From assembly GCF_004010195.1 (NCBI RefSeq), contig NC_057710.1, positions 95,905,041 through 95,969,040 on the forward strand: a stretch of 64,000 bases of DNA. The letters are read 5' to 3'. A program made the position numbers and the translations under genes. Of this stretch, positions 38,381 through 51,853 are shown piece after piece. The notes under the pieces are model-generated. The model saw only the letters and a program-made list of their open reading frames with translations. It was not told where the DNA came from and did not search any database. The first letter of the stretch is position 1. Every line of letters starts with the position of its first letter. Source of the DNA: Chiloscyllium plagiosum (taxonomy: Eukaryota).

Positions 38381-39834
38381 ATTTCTCTGTGTTACTCACT
38401 TGCTTTAAAAGCTGCTGTGTTTAAGTGCTACATGTATCCCCTTTGTTGGTAGCATACATCCATTATAGGCACATGTTAATCTGAATTACATGCTTTAATA
38501 TTTTGATAGGATTCCTGGGTTGCCTGGGATTTTGACTAGACTTCCAACCTGCCTATGAGAAAGACAGGAGCTGGTGGGAAGATGGCAGCCTAGCAGGGGA
38601 GGTGTTCTTTTCCTCTACAAGCCTTTGTGAATTTCCCCGCATGTGGAAATTTATTTTGGAATATGTTGCCCAAAGATCCCCAGAGCACCACTGAACATGA
38701 CTATCATGGAACATCACACAAAATAAAGTTGTGCAATTGCTCAGTGTTTTCTGTCATTGGAAATGTGCAGAAAAATCAGATGAACCAAAGTGGACGTGTT
38801 CCAAGTGATCTGTATTCCAGAGAGATGTGTACAAAACGTTAATCCTCATTTACCTGATCCTCATTATTGTAATGAACTGTGCTGAATACATAATCATATA
38901 CATGCTTCATATTAGTTTTGAGAAATACTTTCCTTGTTTAAAAGGAATATTAATGAAGGTTGTGAAGAAATTCCCACTTTACTATTAAGTAGATAATTAT
39001 TAATGGTTTGTGGCCTGTAAACTGATTTATCCCCTCCATAATCCTATTTGATTAATGAATTCATTGCAATTCTCACTCACCCATAGGAGAGATTTTTGTT
39101 CATTTAACATTTTGTTCAAGTGAATCTATGTAGCATTCCTTAGCAAGCCCATTCAACCATGTTTTAGTTTTTATTTTACTGAATTTTGAAGACTTGCATC
39201 TTTAAAAGTAGCTGAGTATTTGATAATGTAAATGTCAGAGAAACAAATACTACTTGGACTGTTATCCCTGCTCAGAAATGGGAAGTGTCAAGTTCTGAAC
39301 CTGATTGTAAATTTACATGTATGAAATTTATATTTCACTTGCTTTCTCAATAATATCAACAAACATACATCAGTCTGACATGTAAGCTGACATTGACTGG
39401 TGACTCTAGTTTGTTTGCTTACTATTCCTTTTTCAATGCTATCTCTGGGCTTGACAATCCTAGTATTCCTCTGGCTGACTTGCCATCTTTAATTTGCCTA
39501 ATTTACCCAATATGACCCTGCTGTTGGTTTCCTAGATGGTGACAAGCCCTGCTCACTTTCACCTGTGCTTGCTAACCTACATTTGGCTCCATGAGACACA
39601 ATCTTCATTTCAAGAATTCTCAGTTTAGATTTTGGATCCCTTCATGACTGTTCTCTTTCCTGTGGCCTCCTCCCTAGACCCCTCTGAGCTATCACCCCTA
39701 TCTGCAAGCTAAAGCTTCTTGCTCAGCCAGTATGGCTTTTGCCAAATTGTTTCACATTCAATTTATTCTATTTTCTTCAATTAATATCTATCCCTGAGAC
39801 CCTAAAACAAACTGCCAGCTTAGGTCACTTATTA

Positions 39835-40140
39835 CTTAGAATCCCTACAATTCAAGTAGAAGTCATTCAATTCTACACAGCCCCTCCAACCCAAACCTTC
39901 TCCCCATAACCCCTCATGGTTTTATCCTCATGGTTAATTACCTAACCTCCACATCCCTGGACACTACAGGGAAGTTAGCATGGGCAATCCATCTAACCTG
40001 CACATCTTTGGATTGTGGGAGGAAATCCACACAGAGAGAAATACAGACTCTACACATACAGTCACTCAAGATTGAAATCGAACCTGGGCCCCTGGGGTTG
40101 TGAGGCAGTAGTGCTAACCACTGAGCCAATGTGCTGCCCA
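39835..40140 (-). mobile_element. tRNA-derived SINE (HE1/V-SINE-like)
   Basis: Reverse complement head tggctcagtggttagcactactgcctcac plus a B-box ggttcgatt. Confidence 0.85.
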
Positions 40141-40861
40141 GGGATGCCCTAAATCCATGTATTTAACATCTTTGGAGGATGTTTTCTTCTTTTGATGTCT
40201 CCAAAGTGTACTGCTTCTGGAGTTGTCACTGATGTCTTCAGCATCTCGAGAGTAACTACTTGGAGACTGCTGATAACTGCAGCCTTACTCTTATGGGCCT
40301 CTTCTGTCTGTGACCCTGGCTCTGCCCCACACCCTCACTTTCTCTGAGGTTTGTAAAGTTCAAGACCACAAACAATGTAGTGGTTATTTCACAAGGTGGC
40401 TTGTTGGTCATATAACTGAAATGACATTACTCATTGTAAATCTTGTATTTAGCCTTTGTAATGCATTTATAATTTATAGTTGGAGTTAAGACTTTCAGCT
40501 AAATGAGTAAACACCAAAGCTCTGTATCTGAGAAGGAAGACAACTGGAATGCTGTGTTGTTTACTGGCGTCCACTGCTTGCTCCATTCTGTTCTCTTTTT
40601 AACAACTCCATATTATAGACAGGAAATATCTAAATTTATTTTTGGAGGAAAACTGCATTGCAGTATTGAGAGTAATTTTCATGTCTGGTTTTCATTCTCC
40701 CCTTGTCTGCCTTTGGCACCAGTTCAACATAAACATCAGGGTTGGATCTTTGTCTTTATCATTGTAGTGTGATATAATTTGCACAAACTATTGCTTTCCA
40801 GAATTGCTGGTCAGATTCAGGCAGATAACTTGTTGCCTGATATACAAAGTGTAGAGCTTTA

Positions 40862-41330
40862 GAATCATAGAATTGTTGTGGGGCACAAAGAGGCCATCAT
40901 TCCTATGCCAGCTCTTCAGACAAGCATCCTTACCTAATGCCACTCTCCTGCTTTTTCTCCATACCCTTGCACACACTTTCTATCTAAATAATCATGCTCT
41001 TGAAGGTCTCAATTAAAGTGCCTCCACCACACCTCCAAACAGTGCATTAGCCCTAACTACTCGCTGAGTGAAAAAACTTTCCTCACATTACTATTGCTTC
41101 TTTTGCACATTATATTAAATCTATGTCCTCTCGTTATTGTTCCTTTCATGAGTGAGAACAGCTTCTCCCTACATACTCTTATCAGACACAAGTTCCAATT
41201 TCTTCAATCGATCCTCAACTGAATTTTCTCATTCCTGAAATCATTCTTGTAAACCACTTCTGCACACACTCGAACGAATTCACATCTTCCTATCATGTAA
41301 TATCCAGCTGAGGACTAACAAATGTCTTGT
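40862..41330 (-). mobile_element. Decayed CR1 3' fragment
   Basis: agaatcatagaa tail and CR1 3' UTR-like sequence. Confidence 0.6.
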
Positions 41331-42525
41331 ATGAAAAATCTCTGTTGTGAGTAAATAGAAATTGAAAAAGGAAAAGTGCAGATCTGGAAATGTAGAATAA
41401 AATTAGATGTTGCAAGTAGATTATAGATAATTTTGAAATCACTAAAAGCAAGTTAAAAATTCAGATAAGGACATTTGTCGGAGATGCTTTTGTGTGTACT
41501 ACTGAATACTCTCCAAGGTTATACTAGAAATTTGAACTCAGTCATGCACCTTATTGTTCTTATTTATACTAAAACTGACAAAATATGCATATAGATATTG
41601 TTTTCCCTCCGCACACAGTTTCAGGACCATGTCAAATACCAAATGTCTAACATTTGGAAGGAAGCACATTATAACTGGATCACCAAGGTTTGAGCAATTT
41701 GTCTCACATTTCTTAATAGACCTTAGGTTGAGGTTCTGTTTTGGCTCAACTCTGTGATGTGGGTCAAATAGCACTCAAGCTTTACTGTCTTAAGTGATTT
41801 CTTCTCAAGTTTCCACTTAAAGTTCATTTACATATCACTGAATGTAAAATATTTCATCAACCGATGCAGTTGGGTAATGTTTTAGAACATAATTTTTTTA
41901 AATTGTTTTTGCTTCCACATTATTTACTAATATATTTAAGATTGCTATTGCTGTACAATTTGATTAATACAGTGGAAAATGGGAAGGTCTCACACAAACA
42001 CACATCAGCGTTTTAAAGCAGTATCTAATTGAACAGCTCTGTCACCTTTATTAATAACTGAAAATTATATGTGTTAATTATGTTGGTGTGAAAAGTCAGT
42101 TTCCTAATAGATTAAACATTGTACTTAATAAAAGCTTTTAAAATGTCCCCATCAGTGACCTGTCCAAGGAATCACCTTAATTTTACGAGCTTCCTTGGAG
42201 GACCATCTATGAATGAAATTAGTGAAATTACATTGCTCACAAGAGAAGGCTTTTCACTGTGCCTCGGTACACCTGACAATAAATTCAATTCAATTCAATA
42301 TTGCATGTGGACAGGGCAAGTGCCAGTGATAAGTTTGCACACGTTTTGAAAAAAAGGTTGCAAAACTCAGTTTGCTTTGAACATTATTTATGTATAAAAT
42401 TCCATAATCTTTTAATTTGGCCAATTTTTTATGAATTGTGCTGAAAGGAACACAAGTGAGAAGAATTTCCAGCCTCTGAATATTTTTCAACTTAGAAGTG
42501 ACTGAGTTACAAGGTGGGGTTAGAA

Positions 42526-42793
42526 CATGATTTGGAGATGCCGGTGTTGGACTGGAGTGTATAAAGTTAAAAATCACACAACACCAGGTTATAGTCCAAC
42601 AGGTTTAATTGGAAGCACTAGCTTTCGGACCGCCGCTCCTTCATCAGGTAGTTGTGGAGGACACAATTGTAAGACACAGAATTTATAGCAAAAGTTTACA
42701 GTGTGATGTAACTGAAATTATGCATTGAAAAATACCTTGATTGTTTGCTGAGTCTTGCATCAGTTCGATTGCCATGATAGTTTCACTTCTTTT
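42526..42793 (-). mobile_element. Penelope-like end, family B
   Basis: Reverse complement of about 5905-6170 with scattered differences. Confidence 0.8.
42616..42650 (-). ncRNA. Minimal type-I hammerhead ribozyme, family B, catalytic core intact
   Basis: Reverse complement TAC-CTGATGA-A-GGAGC-ggc-GGTCC-GAAA-GCTA-GTG. All core nucleotides present, one stem II mismatch, AGCT palindrome, CUA triplet. Confidence 0.8.
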
Positions 42794-43073
42794 CAGTTCA
42801 CAAGTAAGGTTTTTGAGTGTGCATATTGTACACACTTTATATCCTGTCAGTAAATGTAAAAACATCTAAATTATAAGTGCAAAAATTATTGTCCCAACCT
42901 CCTCAAAATTTCTTTCAATATATTGGCAGCTGCTGTTTGTTGAACGAAAAATTATAGTACTGCCTTTATTGAGTAATTTGGGTTGGCATGCTGGAGGTAT
43001 TTCAGGAATTGATCACTTAATTGTGGGAAAACTAGTGCTTTGTCTCATTTAATGTTCAGCATTTTTTTGTAAG

Positions 43074-43185
43074 CTGTAAACAAATGAATATGTTTAATGT
43101 GATAACCTTTTCTATGTTTTGTACATTTTCTCCTTGTTGTTCATTGCATTCTTTCTGATTTTTTCCTCTGCTTTCCTGGACTCAG
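43074..43185 (+). promoter_or_regulatory. Microexon intronic splicing enhancer: extended polypyrimidine tract with UGC motifs (SRRM4/SRRM3-type)
   Basis: No AG dinucleotide for 110 nt; U/C-rich; TGC 15-17 nt upstream of the 3' splice site (ctctgctttcctggactcag). Confidence 0.7.
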
Positions 43186-43191
43186 TGAGAG
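43186..43191 (+). CDS. APBB2: APBB2 6-nt microexon (TGAGAG), phase 2-2, adds Glu-Arg (DNGR-ER-DFAY)
   Basis: ctcag|TGAGAG|gtaatt. Preceded by a long pyrimidine tract, a 110-nt AG-free zone (43074-43183) and TGC motifs at 43145 and 43169. Splicing gives CG|T GAG AG|G GAT = R-E-R-D, the known FE65-family insert. Confidence 0.88.
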
Positions 43192-44769
43192 GTAATTTTT
43201 ATTTATTTCTTAATAAAGCTCAAACTGCCAGGATAAGAGATTGTGTTACTATTAAATGTAAATAACAAAATGTTTAAGCTGTGGCCAAGTAGAGATGCCA
43301 TTTCACCTTGTCCTCCAAATTCATGCTCTTAATTCAGTGATTTGATCTGGCTTCAGGACTTTCCCTTCAATTGTTTTTGATGTGTGTTGCATTGAAGAAC
43401 TGAATCCTCCTTCAAACCAAATTTACAGATTAATCTGAAGCTTCCCAAAGTGGTAGTTTGGACCCCAAGTGGGGTTACAAACGCCAGGGCAGTAGTGGCC
43501 TAAACACGCAGCCTCACACTGGTATTGACATTGATAAACCATTTTACTCTTCATGTAATAGGCCAAACATTCTGAAGACTGTGGATTGTAGAAAACAGCA
43601 TGTACCTTTCACTGTTCACAAAAAGTAAGGTACTGAACTTGCCCAACTAGCTCAAGCTTGTGAAACTGGCAGTCACAATAGAAATGATTCTGCAATTGAA
43701 TAGCATTTGCTATGTAGTCTTGAGTATACAAAGAATTACATCGACAACCAATTTCGGATTGTCATTCAAGCTTGCCTTATATACGATAGAAGCTACATTA
43801 ATAGACGGTGCCCTGTTCTTTGCAGACGGAAGGAACATATATACACATTGTGCATTTACAACTCACAAGTTACTGGTGGCCACTCTCAGGTTCATTTCTC
43901 TAGATTATTAGAATCTAGAATATAGCAACAAATTGTCCAGAAGATGCTATAACCACAAAAAATTCTGCACTAACAAGTTGTGGATATGGTTTCAGTGCAA
44001 CTTTTCGCTTGAAGTGACTATTGCTAGTGAAGTTTTGTTCTAATATCGCTTTATCGTTCTGTTCATTCCCATCTCCTCTACATGTTTTGTGATTAAGAAT
44101 TGTAAAAGGATAAAAATAATAAACCCTCCAAAATTTGTGACATTAAATCAATGGATATGCTCTGTTTGATAATATGAACGGAAAATGTGTACAGAAAATC
44201 CTATGATGCTAAATCTGAAAAATGTTGCCCTCTTATCTGAAGTAGAACTGGAAAAGGTGAGCCTACTGCGTTTGTGTGTTTAGCAAAAGTATACGGGCTA
44301 TGTTAAGAGAATAGGTTAATTTGTCCAAGCAGACCAGCAGTCAACTAGTTTTCCTAACTTGTAATCCTGAAATAGAATACTAAAGTTCTCATTATCTGAT
44401 ATGTCACTAAACAAACAAACAGTTTTTGCAAAATTGTGAAAAAACTATTAATTGGTATAAAAGGATAGGAGCTAATCAGAATTGTTGTGTACCTTCATAG
44501 GGCATTAAGATTCATGTTAATTTCATTGATCTCTTATCAATCTTGCTTATGCTGTTAGGGGCAGAGATAATTTAATGGTAAGATGCTTGCCCCTTGGACT
44601 ACATTCACAACAAAGCAACTACAGAGCATTCAGAAAGCTGAAAGCATAAATCATTCTTCAAAGTGAGAGTCACGAATAGAATACCTTTAAAATTAGGCTG
44701 GAATGTTGAAATCAAATTTCACTTCTGTAACACCTCTGTTTAAAAGGAAATCCCAAGTAAAGAATATGG

Positions 44770-45630
44770 CAGACAGAAGGGATTAGTTTAATTTGGTGTC
44801 ATGTTCAGCACAACATGGTGGGCCGGAGGGCTTGTTCCTGTGCAGTATTGTTTCTATGTCCTAATATAAGAACTAGGAGTAGGATCAGGTAATCCTACCC
44901 CTTGAGCCTGTCCTGCTATTTGATAGGATCATAGTTGATCTCCTCTTGGCTTCAACTCCACTTTCCTGACCACTGTCCATAACCCTTTAACTTATTACTA
45001 ATTAAAAATCTGTCCATCTCCTCCTTGTCCCAGCACCCACCACTCCCTGAGGTAGTGAATTCCAGATTTGTGACCCCTTGGGAGAAGTCATTTCTCCTCA
45101 TCTTAGGTTTAGGATAAAGGGTAGCAGATTTAAAGTGATGGTCTCTTGTTCTAACTTGCCCCAGGTGATGAAATATCCTCTGTATGTCGACTTTGTTAAT
45201 CTCCTTTACCATCTTATATGCCTAAATTAGATTTCCTCTCATTCTTCTAAACTCCAGCGTATAGGCCTAAACTGCTCAATGTGTTCATAGGACAAACCCC
45301 TCATCTCTGAATCAGTGGAGTTAATTTCCTCTGAACTGCCTCCAGTTCAACTACATCCCTCCTCGAGTAAGGGGACCAAATCTGTACACAATGCTTCAGG
45401 TATAGTTGCAACCATACTGCCATTAGCACTGTATTCCACTCTATAGTAATAAATACCAAGATTCCATTTGTCTTTCTTATTATCTGATGTACCTGTAGTT
45501 TTCTACAATTCATGTACGAGGACAGTCTGATTCCTCTGTACTGAAGCACTCTGAAGTGTCTCTCCATTTAGATAATAAGTTGCCTTTCTAAACTTTAGAC
45601 AAAAATGACCATGTTTATCCATGTTAAACT
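44770..45630 (-). mobile_element. CR1 LINE 3' fragment(s)
   Basis: Minus-strand LKHCVQIWSPYSRRDVVELEAVQRKLT. Confidence 0.8.
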
Positions 45631-47544
45631 TCATATATAAGTCACTGTGGATAGTGCTAATTACATTTTTAATGCAACCTACAAAGATCACTTGTGATTA
45701 TGTCTGTTGAGTCACTCATGGAATATTTGTCAGCCCCAAATGTAACCTTAGCTTTCCATTAACTACATGTGGTATTTCTAATAGCACTGATGTTGGCAGC
45801 TTACATAAGTTTTATTTTAAATAGCATCAAGATTCTGACAGTGATTCCCATATTTCTACTTACATTTGCAAACATTAAATGATTTATATTAAGCATACAC
45901 CAATACGCATAAATTTTCTTTTATCATAGAAATCTCTTGTGTATAGTAAAAGCCATTAAAATATTCAATTAATTGAAACAGATTAAATAGAATAGCAACC
46001 TCAATAACTTTTAATTGCTATTAATTTAGCAGGCACTGCAATATATATCGTGTTCTTGACCAATTAGTTTCTAGGTCAAGTCCCCAGTGATTCCAGTTCA
46101 ATATAAATGTAACATTAAATGTAAAGTAATGGACATTTATGGCAGAATTGAATGCCAGTGAGACCTTGTATTATGGGCAATATATGAAGATAAAAATGTT
46201 ACAGTATTGACATACAGTATTGTATGTTCTCATCCACACTTTGCCCCAGATTGCTGAAGCACAACAAGCTACCAGGAGTGTAATAGACTGTAAATTATTC
46301 CAGAGAGTAACATAAGAACATGGCTGACAGGAATAGAATCATCTGAGGACAATGAATAGTCTGGAATGTAACCTTCAGTGACCACAGTATAACATCATAG
46401 AATATTTAATTTTATACTTCTGTGGAAGCACTTGGTCTACAATTTGTGTTGAGCTGCTTGAATATGTGAATGTTATCCAAGGAGAATATTTGTATCTCAA
46501 GTTAACTCAATGAGAGGTGAGTTTGTTAAACTGAAGGATTGGTGCACCTAAACTATAACTACAGATTAAATTTGTGTTTTATATATTTTTGACTTGTCTC
46601 ATTATAGGAATTTCCAAAGGAAATAATTTAGAATCACCCAGAAGATATAATAACAGTTCCTCTTAATGAGGTACCATTTGACCACAGTCATGTGAAAGAC
46701 TGGCGAAAAAAACTGAAAAGACTGAAATGCAATAGGGGATAGGTTTGAATATTTAAATTTCCTTCATGTGAAGATGTTCAATTTCGGTCCAATGTCATGG
46801 TGATAATCCTGATCCCTGAGAAATGATAGTTGTTTAATAGAACAGAACTTGATTATCGCTGAACAATGACTCATTTTGTGAAAAGATTTTTGCCTATTAC
46901 TCATCAAGACAATTCACAAGAAGCACTAAGTAAGGGAAAACAGCATTTATACTCCAAGGAGTGTGCATATAGATTGTTAATGGGCTCTGATTGATAGAGG
47001 CATTGCCATAGATTTTGCTTCAGTTAACGACAACTGATAGATTATCGTGTTTCAATTCAAAATAAGTGGCAACCATTCTATGGTTCACTTTACAGGGCAA
47101 TTTTGACCAATCAGAATTGCCTTGCCTGACTTAAAATTTAAACAAAGCTAGGCAGTTAATTATCGGCCATCATTGACTATTGCATTCACAATTTCAGCAC
47201 ATCTACTAATCAAAGTCCACTTGCCAACCATTCAGCCATCTCCTGTCATATTTATATATGTTGTTTTCCCTGTAATTTATATTTCTTAAGAATTGAACTG
47301 AAGACAGATCAATGACAAAATGTCTCTTTTTTTTGTAGCAATTATATTGATTGCTGACATAATAGAAGAGTATATTCTAACATACATTTTGAAGATTTTT
47401 TTATTTAGCGGAGTTCAAATAATTTAATCGATTCCTTCTAATTTCTTGTTTAAAGTTGCAATTGAATCTCCTTATTACGAAGTTGTTTTCTATATTCAGT
47501 GGAAGCCATAGTTAAATTCACCACAGTGCTAGAGGAGCATGGGA

Positions 47545-47710
47545 CTGCTCTGTCAATAGAGAAACAACAGGTGGTGGTTTAACTGAGGGCCACCATGCCT
47601 TGGGTGTGGTTGAGGAGTTGGAACTTTCATGGTAACCTCAGCCTGTACGGAATAAAACTCACATTGTTGTTGTCCACAAGTCAACCATGCAGCCAACTGC
47701 GCTGGCTGAA
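47545..47710 (-). mobile_element. tRNA-derived SINE, second family
   Basis: Homologous to 52690-52892 (minus) and 63912-64000 (plus): gctcagttggctgg head, gaggttaccatgaa body. Confidence 0.65.
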
Positions 47711-47744
47711 TCCCGTAGAATGGAAACAATATTATGGGAGCAAT

Positions 47745-48760
47745 GGGGCAAAGCAGCACAGAATACTTGCTGCATATATTGAAGCCACTCAGCCCCTCAA
47801 GCCATTTTTTTTTTGCTCAAGCAATCCAGCCAGTCCCCCTCCCTGGTATTTCTCACAGCTCTGCAGTTCTTTTTCCTTTCATGAACTTAACTGATTCCCT
47901 TAGGAATCAAACCACAATTTGAATCTGCTGTACCACTTTTTCAGGCAATGCATTCCAGATCATACCTTTCATTGCCTAAAACATTTTTCCTTAATGCGCC
48001 TTTGACTCTTTTGCCAGTCACACCTTTAATCCGTGTTCTTAATGTTTCCTCAACTGGGACCATAGTTTCTCAATCTGCTCAGTCTGGACCCTCATGATTT
48101 TGGTAACTTCTATCAAGCCCCTCTCAACCTTCTATGCTGAAAGGAGAATAACCTCAGCTTCTCCAATCTATCCAAATAATTGATGTACATACTTTCTGAA
48201 TCTGTGGTGCTAGAATTGGACGCAGTGTTCCAGTTGAGACTAAATATCTCAAAATAGCTACTTTACTTTTGTACTCATGGGTCAGATTTTCATGTTGGAA
48301 GCAGAAGATGGGATGAATTCTGTGGTATCCCACCTCCAAGTCGAATACTGTCAGACAGGATCTTCTGGGTGCCCAGGTTCTGCTGTTAGAAGGCTCAAGT
48401 CTAAAGTGATGGAAGGTGCAGTCCACAGTGAGCATGTTAAATGGCTCTCCTCGTTTCTGAAAGACATCAGCCCTGTGTTTCTGAGCCATCCAGCAACTCC
48501 TTGGCCTCATTTCCAAATGCCTTCCCATTCCCCATATCCTCGATTTCCTGAGGCACCACCAAACATCTGTCAATGACAACTTTAAATGTATTCAGTGATG
48601 AGGCATCCACAGCCCTCTGGCATACACACTTCCATAGATTCTGTGTGTGAAATAATTTCTCCTCATCTCATCTGAAATGATCAGTCCTTATCCTGAGATT
48701 GCTCCCCTGTATTTTAGATTTCCCCAGCCAGCCAATTAAATCTCTGTGCCGACCTTATTA
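47745..48760 (-). mobile_element. Decayed CR1 3' fragments
   Basis: CR1 3'-end-like motifs (ccctcatgattt, cagcttctccaatctatcc, catccacagccctctg). Confidence 0.55.
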
Positions 48761-51552
48761 AAGTAATTTAACTTTCTCTAAGGCAAACTCTTGTTGGGAA
48801 TATTTGTTTCTGAAACAAGAGCCTTCTGATGTTGGCCTCATCTTTTTCCAGAAAACTGTTTCATATACCAATTGTACGATGTTTAACCCCCATGGAATGA
48901 AAACTATTCTAACTAAAAAACAGAATCAAATCTTTTTCTTTTTTGTCCAGCATCTTGGTAAGTCACATCAGTTTCAATAACAGAAATATAACAGATCCAT
49001 AGAAAGCATTGCTGTCTGCATTGGTGAAAATCTTTACCTCTGACCTCCTTTGAGAATGTGTTGATGTTTCGCAGATTGTGGGTGCTGTAAATGCCAAGGT
49101 TGAATGCAATGTGAATGCTTCACATCTGAGCACTTCAGCACATTAGAGACGTTTACAATAATCCCATTTATTCTGTGTAAAAATTGTTTGAAATCCAATG
49201 TGGATTTATAAGTAAAGCAAAGTAGGATGAAGGTTTTGGCTACAAACTGCAATTTTTCCCAAGCTTTCTGAGAACCTGGATGTATTACCGTTTTTTTTTG
49301 GGACAAGTAAAGACAAATCAGTTGCTAGTTGAAAGAATTTACAATGTGACAAGAAAATGGTTTAAAAAGGAAATGAAAACAGTCTTTTTTTCACAGGATT
49401 ATTAAAGTACCACATTATTTGATGAATCACTAAAATTATATTTAACATGTACACTTGGGTTCAATTGAAAATGTAAAAGATAATTGGAATGCAATTTTGA
49501 TCCCATAAAGATTATTATGCATACAAATTGCATTCCTTATGGGATGCTTCATTTTAACTTAATCTCTTTCCTTTACTGAGATACAAGTGCCCATTAGTAC
49601 TAACTTTGTCACATGTATTCATATCCTACCAAACCTCAACATTGCAGAGCAGTTTTATTTTGTCATTATATAAGTAGATACTAGGTAGGGTGGAATATTG
49701 TTTAAACTATCAAAAATTTGTCACTTACTCTTGCATTTATATAAATATGGCTGCAAGTTGATATTCTTTTAGTTCATAGACCTTGCAGTATTGGTAAATG
49801 TTTTATTTTTAACCAGACATGTCTGTTCAGTTATGTAATTTCATTAATAGCTTTCATGTATGAAATAAGTATTTGATGTCCAGTCAAGTAATTTTACAAA
49901 TGTTTGCCTTCAGTGCCAAGCTTTCAGTACTTGAAGCACATTCCAGTTGTTGCATCCCCCTGAGATTTTCTGTCCCTCAAAAATACACTGTCTTTAGTTT
50001 ACCACCCTGGTATCCTGCTGGTATTTGCACTGCCTTTCATTAGAAGGATTAATGAATTGAGCAAAATCTCACCATGGCTGTCTAACAGCTTGTCTGCTAT
50101 TGTACTTCTGGTATCTTTCAAAACAGGTGTTCTAATTTTATTTGCAAAGATTGATAGGCAAATTTAAACAAGTGTTGTTTCTCAGGAAGCACAGGCTTAC
50201 ATTTTTCCATGAGTAACATTAGGCTGAGTAACAAAACCTGTAAGCAAAATATCATCTACAGCGCACATATTACTCTGTAATAGACCCTGTAAATGTAAAA
50301 CTATCTGCCACCTAATTTCTACAATTTTATTCTTTGAAGTCCCAGTTTGATAAGCAGAGCTGAATAATAACAAATGACAAACTGTAGTAGAGAAGCAGGC
50401 CATGGTGTGGAAGCATATTGCTTACGCTACATTAGGAATTTGGTGCAAGTGAGATTTCAGTGCTGGGGGGAAAGAAGATGCTGTTTTTGTTAAGATTTCC
50501 ATCTCATAGCTGGTGAGTGCTATTTTGTCTCCAAACTAAGAGACTATAACTTGCTATTACTTTTCTTTAATGAACTAGTAACTAGTTAACTAATCAAATG
50601 AATGTGAATAAATAAGGTTAGATAGATAAAGGAGAATGAGATGTGCTGTAACTGCAATGCACTGCCAGATAACCGTATCTGTGGTCAGTATCTCCACCAG
50701 CTTAAGCAAGTTCCACTAAGAATTGCCGAACTAGAGTCTAAGTTGCATACATTGCGGAGGATCAAAGAGGAAGAGAGTTATCTAGACACTTGTTCAAGGG
50801 AACAGTCATGCCCCTGATGTTGAGCAGAACTTTAGATTTGATGAATGGTCAGGGACAAAGTGTAACTGCAAATCAGGCAAATGTGGAGATCTAGCACGAC
50901 GTAATGGATCTCTTGACTTTGTCCAATAGGTAGGAAGTATTTGTTATCTGTGCAGTTGAGACCGAGGAGAATAATAAATGAACTGGCCTCGGCATGAGGG
51001 TACCATTCAAACAGGGAGACTGACAAGTAGTGCAGTAGTGATAGCAGACCAGATAATCATGGGGTTAGAAACCATGGCCATTTGTGTTGCCATGGTGAAG
51101 GACATCACTCTGTGGCAAGACACAAACATACAGAGGGATTGGGAGGATGTTGTGGTCCACATAGGAACAGATAACATGGTTAAATGGATGGTCTGGAAGG
51201 GTTTGTGGCTCAAACATAAAACACAAAGCCTCTAAGATAATCATCTTTGAATTGTTAACAGAGCTACATGTCAGTTGGCTTAGGGACAAACATGTGGCTG
51301 AGAGTGGTGTGGCGAGAAAGGAGTTTTGCAACATTAGGGACTCGAGGAGCTGTTTGACTGGAGTAGGTTCCACTTAAATTGGACTGCAACCAGTATCCTG
51401 TTCAATCTTAACAGGGGCTGGAGTGAGTGGTGGTTAGTAGAGGAAAAGATTTGAGTTGAGATGAGCAGAGAGGAACAGGCAATTCAGAGAATTTAACAGT
51501 AACAATACATCAGTGAGTGGGTCCCCATAAATAAGAGTGAAAACGTTAAGAC

Positions 51553-51853
51553 TATAGAATCATTGAACCCCTACAGTATGGAAGCAGGCCACACAGCCTA
51601 CCAGGTCTACACCAACCCTCCGAAGAACATCCTCCCCAGATCCTATCCCTGTAACCCTGTATTTCCCATGGCCAATCCACCGAACCTGCACATCTTTGGA
51701 CTGTGGAAGAAAACTGGGGAACCTGGAGAAGACCCATGCAGACACGGGGAGAATGGGGAAAGTCCACACAGACAGTCACCCGAAGCTCAAATCAAACCTG
51801 GGTCCCTGGTGCTGTGAGGCAGCAGTTCTAACCATGGGTCACTGTGCCACCCC
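51553..51853 (-). mobile_element. tRNA-derived SINE (HE1/V-SINE-like)
   Basis: Reverse complement of the family seen at 54689-55018. Confidence 0.88.
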
